Source: a virus
Reading direction: 5' to 3' (one strand)
Virus record (IMG/VR): IMGVR_UViG_3300021959_007301
Span: 1-64,000 of that record
DNA: 64,000 nucleotides
The notes beneath the pieces were generated by a model. That model saw nothing but the letters and a program-made list of their open reading frames with translations. It was not told the DNA's origin and made no database searches. Made by a program: the position numbers and the translations under genes. Below, in pieces: positions 23,101 through 31,628 of the stretch. Each line of letters starts with the position of its first letter. Position 1 is the stretch's first letter.

Positions 23101-23894
23101 CAAGTGATTCGACAGTTGGTGGTGGTGATGAGGTATACTCAACACGTAACTATTACTACGATACACTGCATACTGTTATTCCAAATGTAACACCTGAAGA
23201 TTGTTTCATTAGTGTACATAAAGTTGGTACTCCTATGAATTCACCTGAAGGTTATATCAACGGTACAGTATATAATAGAAGAACTGCTGGAGAGATTATC
23301 GCATTGAACGATAACGTGTTCTTCTCATATCCAAGTGTCGTTGCATCAAGAATCAATGAACAGAATGAGATGTCTTCGAACAGGTCATTTAGATGTGCTT
23401 TACAATTAGTGTCAGGTAATTCAAACCTTTCACCAGTTGTAGACTTAAGTTCATTGGGTGCAATTGCAATTGCAAACAGATTAAACGGATTAAATTCAAG
23501 TGATGCAGAAACCATTTCAATCTCAACCGATTCAGAAGGTGAAGATAATGCAATGTGTTACATCACTAAGAAAGTTAACTTGAAAGCACCTGCATCAGGA
23601 TTAAGGGTGACTGCAGATATCTTTAGACCTGCAACGACAGACGTTAAGGTCATGTATAAGATTATCAAAAACGATGAAGAATCTGCAATCGATGATATCG
23701 GTTTTGAATTCTTCAACAGTGATGGTTCACCTGATACAGTAATTGATGCAGATGCAAGAAACTTTAAAGAGTATGAATTCAGTGTAGATGACCTACCTGA
23801 ATTTAGTGGGTTCATCATTAAGATTGTAGGAAGAGGATACAATACATCAACAGTACCATTGGTATCTGCATTGAGATGTATTGCAGTTGCATAA
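17196..23894 (+). CDS. VrlC-like (DUF4815-type) large virion structural protein
   Basis: LN.SPYYDDY...KNF..VLFR.GRP.QARELTQ.QSILQNQ, RFKSGFLVDNF, DPLAQSF; proline-rich linker at about 21830-21990. Confidence 0.85.
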   Translation: MPEKTDLNISPYYDDYSEDKNFHKVLFRAGRPLQARELTQSQSILQNQVERLGGHFFKEGSIVAGVQSGIDLELYYAKVDTENPNTNGDDVVETYRESFHGKLIRGKTSGVVAKVIDSSAKTSDDELTIFFKYLTSGTNNEYTFTAGEELQEVTVDSGGAYSAVSANNNEFKVLPSTNNSIGVGSRAEIDEGVIFTRGFFVKVPKQHLLLEKYSSRPSYRIGLKIEEKLISNSEDSSLQDNAQGSSNENAAGADRFQVNLTLAKFTIDTQTDANFIELIRVNQGIIELQISNPIYNTIEKTLARRTYDANGDFVVRQFTQSLREHLDDTTNRGFYPVGSGGKEDKFVMQVSPGKAYVRGFEIDKTGTTTIPFSKARSTKSLSNAKSPIRLGNKLRVSNAHGLPEVIQGVNSTGITPYKFCKLWPSVVAVDGTENSEDFIGYARVRDIELHDGSDTSGVYASNSEYDLSMFDIKMFSKLPYTSHTGTAQAGDKITGSATGATGIVAYDNNSDALYVHDVVGNFSSNDSLSSEGAGNFACSIDGTPRNYNIDRTRSITQAPTNGSRETFTADINTDAVKILTGTLVFTASSTAVSGVGTLFASELKEGDIIVNPLGGQELIVASITNDISLTLTSPSTNAYQGNVERRRVKLIDQDQTVNIFSWPRDWVKDHTADLVKVKRQTVQTIGASGNITIAQTEGTFEDQNTDNFSIAVIDVSSAASPTFSAGDTLNIEDYEDTSPTQNGDGQSITLTGFGAANEDVVLRVTYSVLIADPNPRTKDLNKGRALRVSGDRNGSYTGVYGSSFRDKEISLGIADVFKIRGIYEGVGGTPVTPNASLSSEVGTFQLHEVLVGQTSNARAVLIDYNSGGTSYWYMISGRFQENEFVVGQDSLAQATLTDVSQGSPNITSRYFFDDGQRDGYYDICKLVRKPAEPAPNNQILIVFDQFSHGDGDFFDVTSYSVPYKDIPVYSANKVDLGGLEPDGTYELSDALDFRPVVGQLYDIDLSANPDLSSVSDISTAIEYAPFSYEKGRSYKSSRDKETTNTGYNYDTNPSLPGTPVTGSSVQGDIEFYVGRVDKLFLHKSGKFQVSSGEPALSPTKPKSVDGAIELFELTIPPFTKNLKNIRVRSQDHRRFTMKDIGKINQRVTNLERVTSLSLLEKDTQTKQILDGDGFDRFKSGFLVDNFRGHRVGDVNHPDYKNSVDSQLGVLRPQSYSQFFDIGFKSATSQNYKKTGDLLTLPYSEVTFVNQDKASRAINVNPYHVFAFIGDVKLTPETDVWNDSERLPEVRVNREGNFDAVLAENTNSLGTVWNAWQTTWVGQPQTISTEVTASSNGSWSGDPTQGGEWVPGLQVSREITETPEIQTRTGVTTSVVEDFVESRNDRLVSVSIIPFIRAKTIEIDATNLKPDTWHYVYFDDVPVGSYVRPFSSAYAQDGSSTTLGKGVKTDGNGRLRAYFELPNSNTQRFPTGQRELKLTSSKYNERSPSSAGTGIYQAQGLLQSNQTEIVSTRNGRVVTERLSGERNFSTRGEVVNATNIDTTAPAIPQPPSEPNEPPEPPIIIDPPVLPPEPPVVPPVIISDPPPPPPPGPPFEFDFDFPIFDIGNDLFFEWSDPLAQSFLVDAKGGVMLSSIDLFFKTRDANLPVSVQVRTMVNGYPGPNVVPFSTVTKNPSEINLSQDGSTATTFTFESPVFLETNQEYVFVVYSNSNEYEVFHSRMGETDLATGQTISGQPYAGSLFMSQNNSTWTAAQEDDLKFHLRACKFDTSVSGYLEFENLDLPNAKLQNNPIETVSGQTYVKVYNYTHGMYNTSSNVTISGVTGDRTGSVLEVQNAVDSGTLPSDGTYDIVHGGTVGSDAVTITTNGSGDVTENGIAFEIKVETLSGTADITRTRILQAGSGHVAGDIITCTIGSTFSFTVTIDTVGDSLGGIPIDAINQTFTSIGSTFTMDTFRVTPDISGYDFVSDYSASDSTVGGGDEVYSTRNYYYDTLHTVIPNVTPEDCFISVHKVGTPMNSPEGYINGTVYNRRTAGEIIALNDNVFFSYPSVVASRINEQNEMSSNRSFRCALQLVSGNSNLSPVVDLSSLGAIAIANRLNGLNSSDAETISISTDSEGEDNAMCYITKKVNLKAPASGLRVTADIFRPATTDVKVMYKIIKNDEESAIDDIGFEFFNSDGSPDTVIDADARNFKEYEFSVDDLPEFSGFIIKIVGRGYNTSTVPLVSALRCIAVA

Positions 23895-24106
23895 TGTCTG
23901 ATTATATTAAAGTAGAAGGTGCAACACATTTATATAGAGACGATAGTTCTCAAGCAATCGTGTCTACTGATATTGAACAGTGGAGACTTGCAAAGAAAAG
24001 AAAAGAGATTTTTAGGAATCAGGTAAACGAGATAAATACATTAAAAGAAGAGATGGGTGAAATTAAGTCTCTCTTAACTGAACTCATGGGGAAATTAAGT
24101 GGCTAG
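23894..24106 (+). CDS. Small coiled-coil hypothetical protein
   Basis: ATG overlaps the upstream stop; YIKVEG...LYRD..S.AIV followed by a heptad pattern. Confidence 0.7.
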   Translation: MSDYIKVEGATHLYRDDSSQAIVSTDIEQWRLAKKRKEIFRNQVNEINTLKEEMGEIKSLLTELMGKLSG

Positions 24107-25214
24107 AACAGTAGACAATCACAGTACATTAGAAGATTTTAGACGTAATTATAATGACCTCGCTAATGACGTTGGTGACAGGTCAGGTCTTAGAACTGAA
24201 AAACAAAGTACTATCGTAGATGCAATTAATAGTATCGAAGATAAGTCGTTCTTCTTTCAGGAGTTTATCTATACTGCTGGAACACATGGTTCTACACTTT
24301 CAAGATACGAAGGTGTTGATGCATTCAGCAATACATTATCTTTTAAACCTAACAGAATTCAAGTCTTTAAAAACACTCAACACTTAATTGAAGGTGATGA
24401 TTATTCTATTGGGCCTGTGTCAGATGGTCTTGCAGATAGAATTGATTTAGTTGTTGCTGCAACTAATGGTGATAAGATTACTGTTTATGCATTCACTGGT
24501 TCATACTTAGGTGTTGTCGGTGATGGTGCAACCTCAACATACTTTACAGAAACTGCATTAAACACTATTTACAATAATAATGATAACGGTATTATTTTAA
24601 ATGGTGATGGTGCTGATAAAACCGTTGCACTAGAGACAGGATATACAATTCAATTTGCAGGAAGAGTGTATGGTGAAGATGACCTTACACTTGCAAGTGG
24701 AACAACATTCACTTTTGACACTGCAACAAACGGAACACTTACTTTAGATGGTGGTGCTATTACAGGTGCAACCTCTATTACATCAACTGCATTTGTTGGT
24801 GATGTCACTGGTCAAGTATCAGACATTACTAATCATAGTGTAAATAGTCTTTCAGACATTAACACCACTGGTGCAACAAACGGTCAGTTATTAATTTATA
24901 ATGTTTCAACAGGTGATTGGGAAGCAGGTGATGCACCTGCAAACTACACAGATGAACAAGCACAAGATGCAGCTGCATCTATGATTACAAGTGCAACTCA
25001 CAGTAACATAACTGTTACTTATGATGATAATGCAGGAACATTATCATTTTCTGCTGCTGCTCAATATGGTGACTCTGATGTAGATGCACACTTAAGTGGT
25101 AGTAACGGTGTTAGTTACAGTTCAGGTAGTATTAGTTTAGATTATGAGACCACATCTACTGCACCTTCAGGTGTAGGTAGTACTGCAACTGGTCATTTAT
25201 GGTTTGTGATATGA
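24099..25214 (+). CDS. Fibre-like structural protein with C-terminal PSG..GHLW motif
   Basis: TLEDFR..YN N-terminus, LSDI......GQLL.Y....W, EQAQDAAA, ends APSGVGSTATGHLWFVI. Confidence 0.7.
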   Translation: MARTVDNHSTLEDFRRNYNDLANDVGDRSGLRTEKQSTIVDAINSIEDKSFFFQEFIYTAGTHGSTLSRYEGVDAFSNTLSFKPNRIQVFKNTQHLIEGDDYSIGPVSDGLADRIDLVVAATNGDKITVYAFTGSYLGVVGDGATSTYFTETALNTIYNNNDNGIILNGDGADKTVALETGYTIQFAGRVYGEDDLTLASGTTFTFDTATNGTLTLDGGAITGATSITSTAFVGDVTGQVSDITNHSVNSLSDINTTGATNGQLLIYNVSTGDWEAGDAPANYTDEQAQDAAASMITSATHSNITVTYDDNAGTLSFSAAAQYGDSDVDAHLSGSNGVSYSSGSISLDYETTSTAPSGVGSTATGHLWFVI

Positions 25215-25215
25215 T

Positions 25216-26430
25216 ATGGCTGATGAAATCTATATAAACACAGGGTCGAGTTTTCAACAACCGTACCAAGGTCAATCTGTAAGAAATGCTCAATCGCTAG
25301 AAGTCAGACAGACTCCTGCACAGACTCCTGCAAACGCAAGACAACCTAGTACGTATCAAAACAGACAACCGTTTACCTACAGAAGTCCTGTAAATGCACA
25401 GACACCATTTATAAGAAACGCTCAGCAACCCTTTACATACCAAAACCAAGGTAGAACACCTTTTACCTATAACTATCGTTCTCCGTTCACGTATGCACGT
25501 CAGGGACAGACTCCTTTCACGTATGCAAGACAGGGTAGAACACCATATGTTGCAAATGCACAACAACCGTATCCTTATATCGCAAATAGTCAGACTCCAT
25601 ACATTGCTAATGCTCAACAACCCTATCCGTACATAGCAAACAAACAGAGTCCATACATTGCAAATGGTCAGAGTCCATACATTGCAAATGCTCAGTCACC
25701 TTATATTGCAAACGCTCAACAACCGTATCCGTACATTGCATCGTATCAAAGTCCGTTTACCTATAATCATAGACAACCGTTTACCTATGCAAGACAGGGT
25801 AGGTCACCATTTACGTATAGTAATCAACAACCTTACCCATATATTGCACAGACACCTTATACGTTTAATGCAACTGGAACACAAAGCATCAGTCCTCTAG
25901 ACCAATCTTGGGGCCCATCAGGTGCAAGTCCATGGGTTCCTCGTCAAAGTGTTAACTCTTCAGGATTCCCTGAAGCATTCGCAACAATGGGGTTTAGTTT
26001 AGACACTACAAATAACCAAGTCGATGTTAGCTGGAAAGCTGGTACTTCAGCACAAATGGCAACAGTGTATACCGACTCAATTAATTATCAGTCTCCAGTA
26101 ACAGATTCTTCAACATTTGAATGTAAATATACAGTATCTCAGCAATCGTGTTCAGGTAATTGTATGAGTGGTGCATTTGGGCCCACACCAGTTACCGATG
26201 GGTATAATTCAGGAACATATTATTCACTCACAACATTTGGTTGGATGGCAAAGGTTAATCCAAACTATGGTTCGTCCTTTTCAAGGGTTGAAACTGGTAT
26301 TGGTGGCACATATGGTGTAACATTTACAGTCCGTGCAACTCCTTCAGGAAGTAGTGACAGTTATATTACAACTTATACTTCAGGTGGAATAGAACTGATT
26401 GCATCTACAGGACAGTTTAACGAGAACTAA
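25216..26430 (+). CDS. Pro/Tyr/Gln/Arg repeat protein, pair 1 chain C, with non-repetitive C-terminal domain
   Basis: 6/8/10 aa units such as QQPYPYIANS and RSPFTYARQG at about 25321-25848, then about 190 aa of beta-rich sequence. Confidence 0.85.
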   Translation: MADEIYINTGSSFQQPYQGQSVRNAQSLEVRQTPAQTPANARQPSTYQNRQPFTYRSPVNAQTPFIRNAQQPFTYQNQGRTPFTYNYRSPFTYARQGQTPFTYARQGRTPYVANAQQPYPYIANSQTPYIANAQQPYPYIANKQSPYIANGQSPYIANAQSPYIANAQQPYPYIASYQSPFTYNHRQPFTYARQGRSPFTYSNQQPYPYIAQTPYTFNATGTQSISPLDQSWGPSGASPWVPRQSVNSSGFPEAFATMGFSLDTTNNQVDVSWKAGTSAQMATVYTDSINYQSPVTDSSTFECKYTVSQQSCSGNCMSGAFGPTPVTDGYNSGTYYSLTTFGWMAKVNPNYGSSFSRVETGIGGTYGVTFTVRATPSGSSDSYITTYTSGGIELIASTGQFNEN

Positions 26431-26432
26431 AA

Positions 26433-27248
26433 ATGGCAGAGTTGCAAACCACACAACAACCGTATCCTTATATTGCACAAGGTCAAACACCTTATGCATT
26501 GCAGGGTAGAACGCCTTATATTGCTAATGCACAGCAACCGTATCCTTATATTGCGAATGCACAAAGTCCATATATTGCTAATGCAAGACAACCTGTAACC
26601 TATGCAAGACAGGGTCAAACACCGTTTACGTATCAGAGTAGACAACCATTTACTTATCAGAACAGACAACCGTTTACATATCAAAATAGACAACCTGTTA
26701 CCTATGCACGTCAAGGTCAAACACCATTTACCTATAGTAACAGACAACCTGCAACGTATGCTAGACAAGGTAGAACACCTTTCACGTATAACAATCAACA
26801 ACCTTATCCGTACATTGCAAATGCTCAACAACCCTATCCGTACATTGCAAATGCACAGGAACCAAATATTAGGTCTGCACAACAGGCATATCCTTACATT
26901 GCAAATGCAAGGAATCCGTTTACCTATCAACATAGGTCACCTTCTACATATAGAAACCCTGTAAATGCACAGAGTCCGTATATTGCAAATAGTCAAACAC
27001 CATTTACCTATCAAGTTGCATATCAGATTCCTTATACTATAAGGTCACCATTTACCTATCAAGTATCCTACCCAACTACAAGAACCGTTGGGCCAGTTGC
27101 AAAGGTTAAAGGTGTTTTTGTGAATGATAGTGGAACACTTAGAAAACTTGATGAAGTATATGTAAACGATGGTGGAACATTAGAAAAAATTCACCAGTCC
27201 GTTCCTACTGCAAGATTCTCTAAGAATCCAAGTAACACGAGTGTATAA
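26433..27248 (+). CDS. Pro/Tyr/Gln/Arg repeat protein, pair 1 chain D
   Basis: Same unit vocabulary at about 26454-27011; C-terminal VFVNDSG/VYVNDGG hairpin-type repeat. Confidence 0.85.
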   Translation: MAELQTTQQPYPYIAQGQTPYALQGRTPYIANAQQPYPYIANAQSPYIANARQPVTYARQGQTPFTYQSRQPFTYQNRQPFTYQNRQPVTYARQGQTPFTYSNRQPATYARQGRTPFTYNNQQPYPYIANAQQPYPYIANAQEPNIRSAQQAYPYIANARNPFTYQHRSPSTYRNPVNAQSPYIANSQTPFTYQVAYQIPYTIRSPFTYQVSYPTTRTVGPVAKVKGVFVNDSGTLRKLDEVYVNDGGTLEKIHQSVPTARFSKNPSNTSV

Positions 27249-27256
27249 ATAGTATT

Positions 27257-27589
27257 ATGGCGATAATTGCAAACATATACATAGACCAAGGTACTGATTT
27301 TTCCATTACTGTAGACGTTACAGATTCTGCAGGGGAAGTTTTAGAATTAAGTGGTTACACTGCAACTGCACAAGTGAGAAGAACTTATACCTCATCTACA
27401 GTTGCTGCAACCTTTGATACGTCTATTGCAGAATTAGCAGGACAGGTGACTATCTCGTTAACCGATACTGTAACTGCAGGACTGGAAGGTGGAAGATACG
27501 TGTATGACCTAAATATTGAAAGCAGTGCTGGTCAGAAAACTCGTGTTATAGAAGGACAAGCAATTGTCACACCAGGCGTAACGAGGTAA
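27257..27589 (+). CDS. Conserved small virion structural protein
   Basis: NIYIDQGTDFS, L.GYT..AQVR, GRYVYD, RVIEG...VTPGVT; late promoter at 27244. Confidence 0.75.
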   Translation: MAIIANIYIDQGTDFSITVDVTDSAGEVLELSGYTATAQVRRTYTSSTVAATFDTSIAELAGQVTISLTDTVTAGLEGGRYVYDLNIESSAGQKTRVIEGQAIVTPGVTR

Positions 27590-27593
27590 TAAA

Positions 27594-27812
27594 ATGGCAG
27601 GAAATATTAAAGCAAGAGTATTAACAAACAATACAATTCGTGCAAAACAGGTTGCAGTTGGTAACTCATCAACTAATGTAAACTTGTCTGCAAAATCTAT
27701 TAACGAACTTGCAGATGTTAACGTAATTGAAACAGATGAAGGTGTATTGAAGTATAACGCTACTACAGACAAGTGGGAAACCTCTAATGTTTTAGATGGT
27801 GGAACTTTTTAG
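27594..27812 (+). CDS. Small fibre connector protein ending LDGGTF
   Basis: INELADV......GVL.YN....KW and a terminal DGGTF. Confidence 0.65.
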   Translation: MAGNIKARVLTNNTIRAKQVAVGNSSTNVNLSAKSINELADVNVIETDEGVLKYNATTDKWETSNVLDGGTF

Positions 27813-27828
27813 ATAATTTAAAAAATTT

Positions 27829-28710
27829 ATGTTATGTTCACGTGACGAGTGGTCTCCACTACGTGAGATTGTTGTAGGGACACTCAAAGGATTTCAAAAA
27901 CAAGACAATTATTCAGAGTATCATACTACTGAATTCATATACGATATATTTGTTGAGGCAGAAGAAGGACTTAACAAATTTGTTAATATTCTAGAATCCA
28001 ATAATGTAAAGGTTTACAGACCTAATGGAATGTGTTATAATGTTAGGGATTGTGCTGTCGTCATAGATGATGTTATAGTTGAAGGGTCTATGCGATATGA
28101 AAAAGAGTACGGAAATCTATCTACACTTAAAAAAATATTTTTTGAAAAATGGTCTGAAGGATACACATGGATATCAGGCCCCAAACCTTCTTGGAATTCA
28201 GAATTTGATATTATTTTTGATGGTGCAAATATCTGTAGACTGGGAGATAATCTACTCATTGCAACAAACGAAACTGCAAATCGATATGGAAGATTGTGGT
28301 TAGAAAAACAATTTCCTAATAAAAATATTGATTACATTTCTCTAAGAGATAACATATCACACATAGACACAACTATTGTTCCCATATCAGAGGGTACAGT
28401 TATGATTAATGCTAACAGAGTCAACAAAGACAATGTACCAGTATTTTTTAAAGATTGGGACATTATTTGGATACATGATGAGGATATCGTAGAGGAGAGA
28501 CCTGTCATTAAAGACGAGATAGCAGGAAAAATGATTGGTATGAATACTCTTTCTCTTAATCATAATACACTGTTTGTGAATGAAAGTCAAGTAAAATTAA
28601 TGGATAAATTGGGTAAGAAAGGATTTAATTGTATACCTGTACCTCTAAGATACACACGTGAGTTATCAGGTGGACTACATTGTTGCACTTTAGACCTCGT
28701 TAGAGGTTAA
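27829..28710 (+). CDS. Amidinotransferase family enzyme (glycine / inosamine-phosphate amidinotransferase-like)
   Basis: EWSPLREIVVG, RD, FDGAN..RLG, HIDTT, terminal GGLHCCTLDL.R with catalytic Cys. Confidence 0.85.
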   Translation: MLCSRDEWSPLREIVVGTLKGFQKQDNYSEYHTTEFIYDIFVEAEEGLNKFVNILESNNVKVYRPNGMCYNVRDCAVVIDDVIVEGSMRYEKEYGNLSTLKKIFFEKWSEGYTWISGPKPSWNSEFDIIFDGANICRLGDNLLIATNETANRYGRLWLEKQFPNKNIDYISLRDNISHIDTTIVPISEGTVMINANRVNKDNVPVFFKDWDIIWIHDEDIVEERPVIKDEIAGKMIGMNTLSLNHNTLFVNESQVKLMDKLGKKGFNCIPVPLRYTRELSGGLHCCTLDLVRG

Positions 28711-28855
28711 AGATGTTATAAATACTAGTACAAATCAAGGTGTCATTCAGTGAGACACGACCCACATGGTGAGTGGACAGGTATATAATGGTCTTCTAGG
28801 GATATGTGAACTAGAATAAGCTTATTTAAATTAAACACATTTTAGGAGAAATAAA

Positions 28856-30271
28856 ATGGCAACAGTAATTCAAATTAAAAGAAGTACTGGGGTTTCTGCA
28901 CCTACTACGTCAGACCTTTCAGAAGGAGAATTGGCGTATATTCAGGACAGAAGTAACAGTGGTGCTGGTGCAAAACTTTTCATAGAATCAGTTGACTCCG
29001 ACAATAGTACTCCATTAATCCATGCGATTGGTGGTAAGTTCTATACCGATATTATTGATGGTTCATCTGCTACACCAGCAGATTTCAAAGTCGGTAACGG
29101 TTCAACATCAGGTGGTTCTGTAAAGTTTTACGAAGATTCGGACAATGGTGTTCACTTCGTTGCACTTAAGTCGCCAGACTCAGTCGCTTCAGACTTAACT
29201 TTTGTACTTCCAGCATCAGATGGTAGTGCAAACCAAGTATTAGGAACAGACGGTTCAGGTAACCTATCTTTCCTTTCAACAACATCAACACTTGCAGGTG
29301 CATCTGACTCAGATATCTCTACTCCATCATCAGGACAAATCCTTGTTCATGACGGTTCAGATTCATTTGACAACGTAACACTAAGTGGAGACGTGACACT
29401 TGCATCTAATGGTGCAGTCACAATCGCTTCTAACGCAGTTGAAGTCGGTATGATTGACTTCTTAGTTGACGAAGATGACATGAACTCTGATTCAGATGTC
29501 AAAGTCCCTTCACAACAATCTGTTAAAGCATACGTTGATTCACAAGTAACTGCTCAAGATTTAGACGTTGCTGGTGATTCAGGAACAGGTGCAATTGATT
29601 TAGATTCACAATCATTAACGATTGCTGGTACATCTAATGAGATTGAAACATCTGCTTCAGGACAAACAATAACAATCGGTTTACCTAATGACGTAACAGT
29701 AGGAAATGACCTAACAGTTACAGGAAACTTAACAGTTTCAGGAACAACCACAACTGTAGACTCAACAACAGTATCAATTGCAGACCCTGTATTTGAAATT
29801 GGTGACGATTCTGCAGACGACAACCTCGATAGAGGTATTAAATTCAAATATAACGATGGATCTGCTAAAGTAGGTTTCTTCGGTATGGACGAATCTAATG
29901 AGAAGTTCGTAGCATTACATGATGCAACAGACAGTTCTTCAGTATTCACAGGTACAGCAATGGATGCAGTATTTGGTGGATTAGAAGCAACAGGTCTTGC
30001 ATTATCAGGTTCAATTACTTCAGTCGATGGTGCAGCTCCAACTGCAGGTCAATTATTAATTGGTAACGGTTCTAACGGAGACATGGAACTTGCAGCTCTA
30101 ACTGCAGGCTCTAACGGTGTAACAATCACCAACGCAGACGGTTCTATAACTATTGAAAATGCGATTGCTTCTACATCACAAGTTGGTGTGGCATCATTTG
30201 CTTCTTCAGAGTTCTCAGTAACTGGTGCTGGTGAAGTTTCTATCTCCAACATAGACGGTGGTTCATTCTAA
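28856..30271 (+). CDS. Tail fibre-like protein
   Basis: N-terminal IQIKRS....P....L.EGELA, GNLTVSGTTTTVDS, DRGI.F; ends IDGGSF. Confidence 0.78.
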   Translation: MATVIQIKRSTGVSAPTTSDLSEGELAYIQDRSNSGAGAKLFIESVDSDNSTPLIHAIGGKFYTDIIDGSSATPADFKVGNGSTSGGSVKFYEDSDNGVHFVALKSPDSVASDLTFVLPASDGSANQVLGTDGSGNLSFLSTTSTLAGASDSDISTPSSGQILVHDGSDSFDNVTLSGDVTLASNGAVTIASNAVEVGMIDFLVDEDDMNSDSDVKVPSQQSVKAYVDSQVTAQDLDVAGDSGTGAIDLDSQSLTIAGTSNEIETSASGQTITIGLPNDVTVGNDLTVTGNLTVSGTTTTVDSTTVSIADPVFEIGDDSADDNLDRGIKFKYNDGSAKVGFFGMDESNEKFVALHDATDSSSVFTGTAMDAVFGGLEATGLALSGSITSVDGAAPTAGQLLIGNGSNGDMELAALTAGSNGVTITNADGSITIENAIASTSQVGVASFASSEFSVTGAGEVSISNIDGGSF

Positions 30272-30300
30272 CAATAATTAATCGTTTATAGGAGTAGCAA

Positions 30301-31125
30301 ATGGCAACAGTAATTCAATTTAAGAGAAGTTCGACTCAAGGTTCTTCGCCGACCACTGGTGATTTATCACTCGGTGAATTAGCGATTAATACATATCATG
30401 GTAGGGTCTATACTGAGGCAGATAATGGAACAGCTTCTATTGTAGAAGTTGGTTCAAATCCTGCAACTCTTACTGTTAACGATGCGTACTCTTTTCCAAC
30501 AAGTGATGGTAACTCTAACGAAGCATTAACAACTGATGGTTCAGGACAGTTAAGTTTCACTGCACTTCCTTCATCAGGAATTGAAACTTTCACCTATTCA
30601 ATCACATCTACTGGTACAGGTATCAGTGGTGCAGATGATAATTCAAACACACTTCAGTACCAAGTAGGTTCTGAACAAGTTTTTATTAATGGTGTTAAGT
30701 TAATAAGTGGTTCAGACTATACTGCAACTTCATCAACCGTAATAACCCTTGCAGAAAATGCTGTAAATGGTGATACAGTTGAAGTCGTTGCAATAACCGA
30801 CACACAAAATCTTGTGCAAGGTTATTATACGGCTAACACTTTCAGTGCAACAACTGCTGACCAAGTTTTATCATCCAATGGAGTCGCAAACAAAGCGATT
30901 AAGTATGTTATAAATGCAACTCACGCCTCTGCAGGAACACATGCTGCAGAAGTATTGTTGATTAACGATGGTACGAATGCATATTTCATCCAATACGGTG
31001 ACGTGTATTCATCATCATCATTGTTCTCACTTAGTTCAGATGTGAATTCAGGTAACATGAGACTTCTCATTACACCTGCAAACACTGACACTACAGTTGA
31101 TACTTTCCAAATTAGGCATTCATAG
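30301..31125 (+). CDS. Tail fibre-like protein
   Basis: N-terminus paralogous to 28856 (IQFKRS...L.LGELA); PTSDG....LTTDGSG.LSF; C-terminal domain shared with 31139 and 31629. Confidence 0.75.
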   Translation: MATVIQFKRSSTQGSSPTTGDLSLGELAINTYHGRVYTEADNGTASIVEVGSNPATLTVNDAYSFPTSDGNSNEALTTDGSGQLSFTALPSSGIETFTYSITSTGTGISGADDNSNTLQYQVGSEQVFINGVKLISGSDYTATSSTVITLAENAVNGDTVEVVAITDTQNLVQGYYTANTFSATTADQVLSSNGVANKAIKYVINATHASAGTHAAEVLLINDGTNAYFIQYGDVYSSSSLFSLSSDVNSGNMRLLITPANTDTTVDTFQIRHS

Positions 31126-31138
31126 GAGGAGATGAATA

Positions 31139-31549
31139 ATGGCAAAGACAAAAGCATTTGAAATTGCAGAATTGATTAGACACCTTCGATATGATGCTGA
31201 TACAGACGAGATTGTAACTGATAAGGTAACTCAAGACAAAAACAAAAAGAGGGGTAATGCAACAAAAACCTCTACTGACGAATTTGCTCTTGATACTTTT
31301 GCAAAATCAGATTACAGAGCTGGACGATATATCGTTGCAATGTCTGAAGGATCAAAGTATCACTCAACTGAAATCGTGTTAGTTCACGATGGAAGTAGTG
31401 TAACAATGACACAATATGGCACACTTAAATCACACTCGTTAGCAACCTTTGATGCAGACATTTCAGGATCAGACGTAAGACTGCTCGTGACACCTGCATC
31501 CACAAGTTCTACAGTGATTAAATTCGATAGAACAGTAGTCGAAGCATAA
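31139..31549 (+). CDS. Fibre-associated structural protein
   Basis: Shared domain Y.V......HSTEI..VHDG......YG......F.ADISG.DVRL..TPA. Confidence 0.7.
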   Translation: MAKTKAFEIAELIRHLRYDADTDEIVTDKVTQDKNKKRGNATKTSTDEFALDTFAKSDYRAGRYIVAMSEGSKYHSTEIVLVHDGSSVTMTQYGTLKSHSLATFDADISGSDVRLLVTPASTSSTVIKFDRTVVEA

Positions 31550-31571
31550 AATCAAAAAATGCAATCTAGAT

Positions 31572-31597
31572 GGGGGACTTTATGTCCCCCTTCTTTT
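31572..31597 (+). terminator. Rho-independent terminator
   Basis: gggggac-tttat-gtccccc followed by ttctttt. Confidence 0.7.
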
Positions 31598-31628
31598 ATA
31601 TGCACGGTAAAAATGACTAAATAGTATA

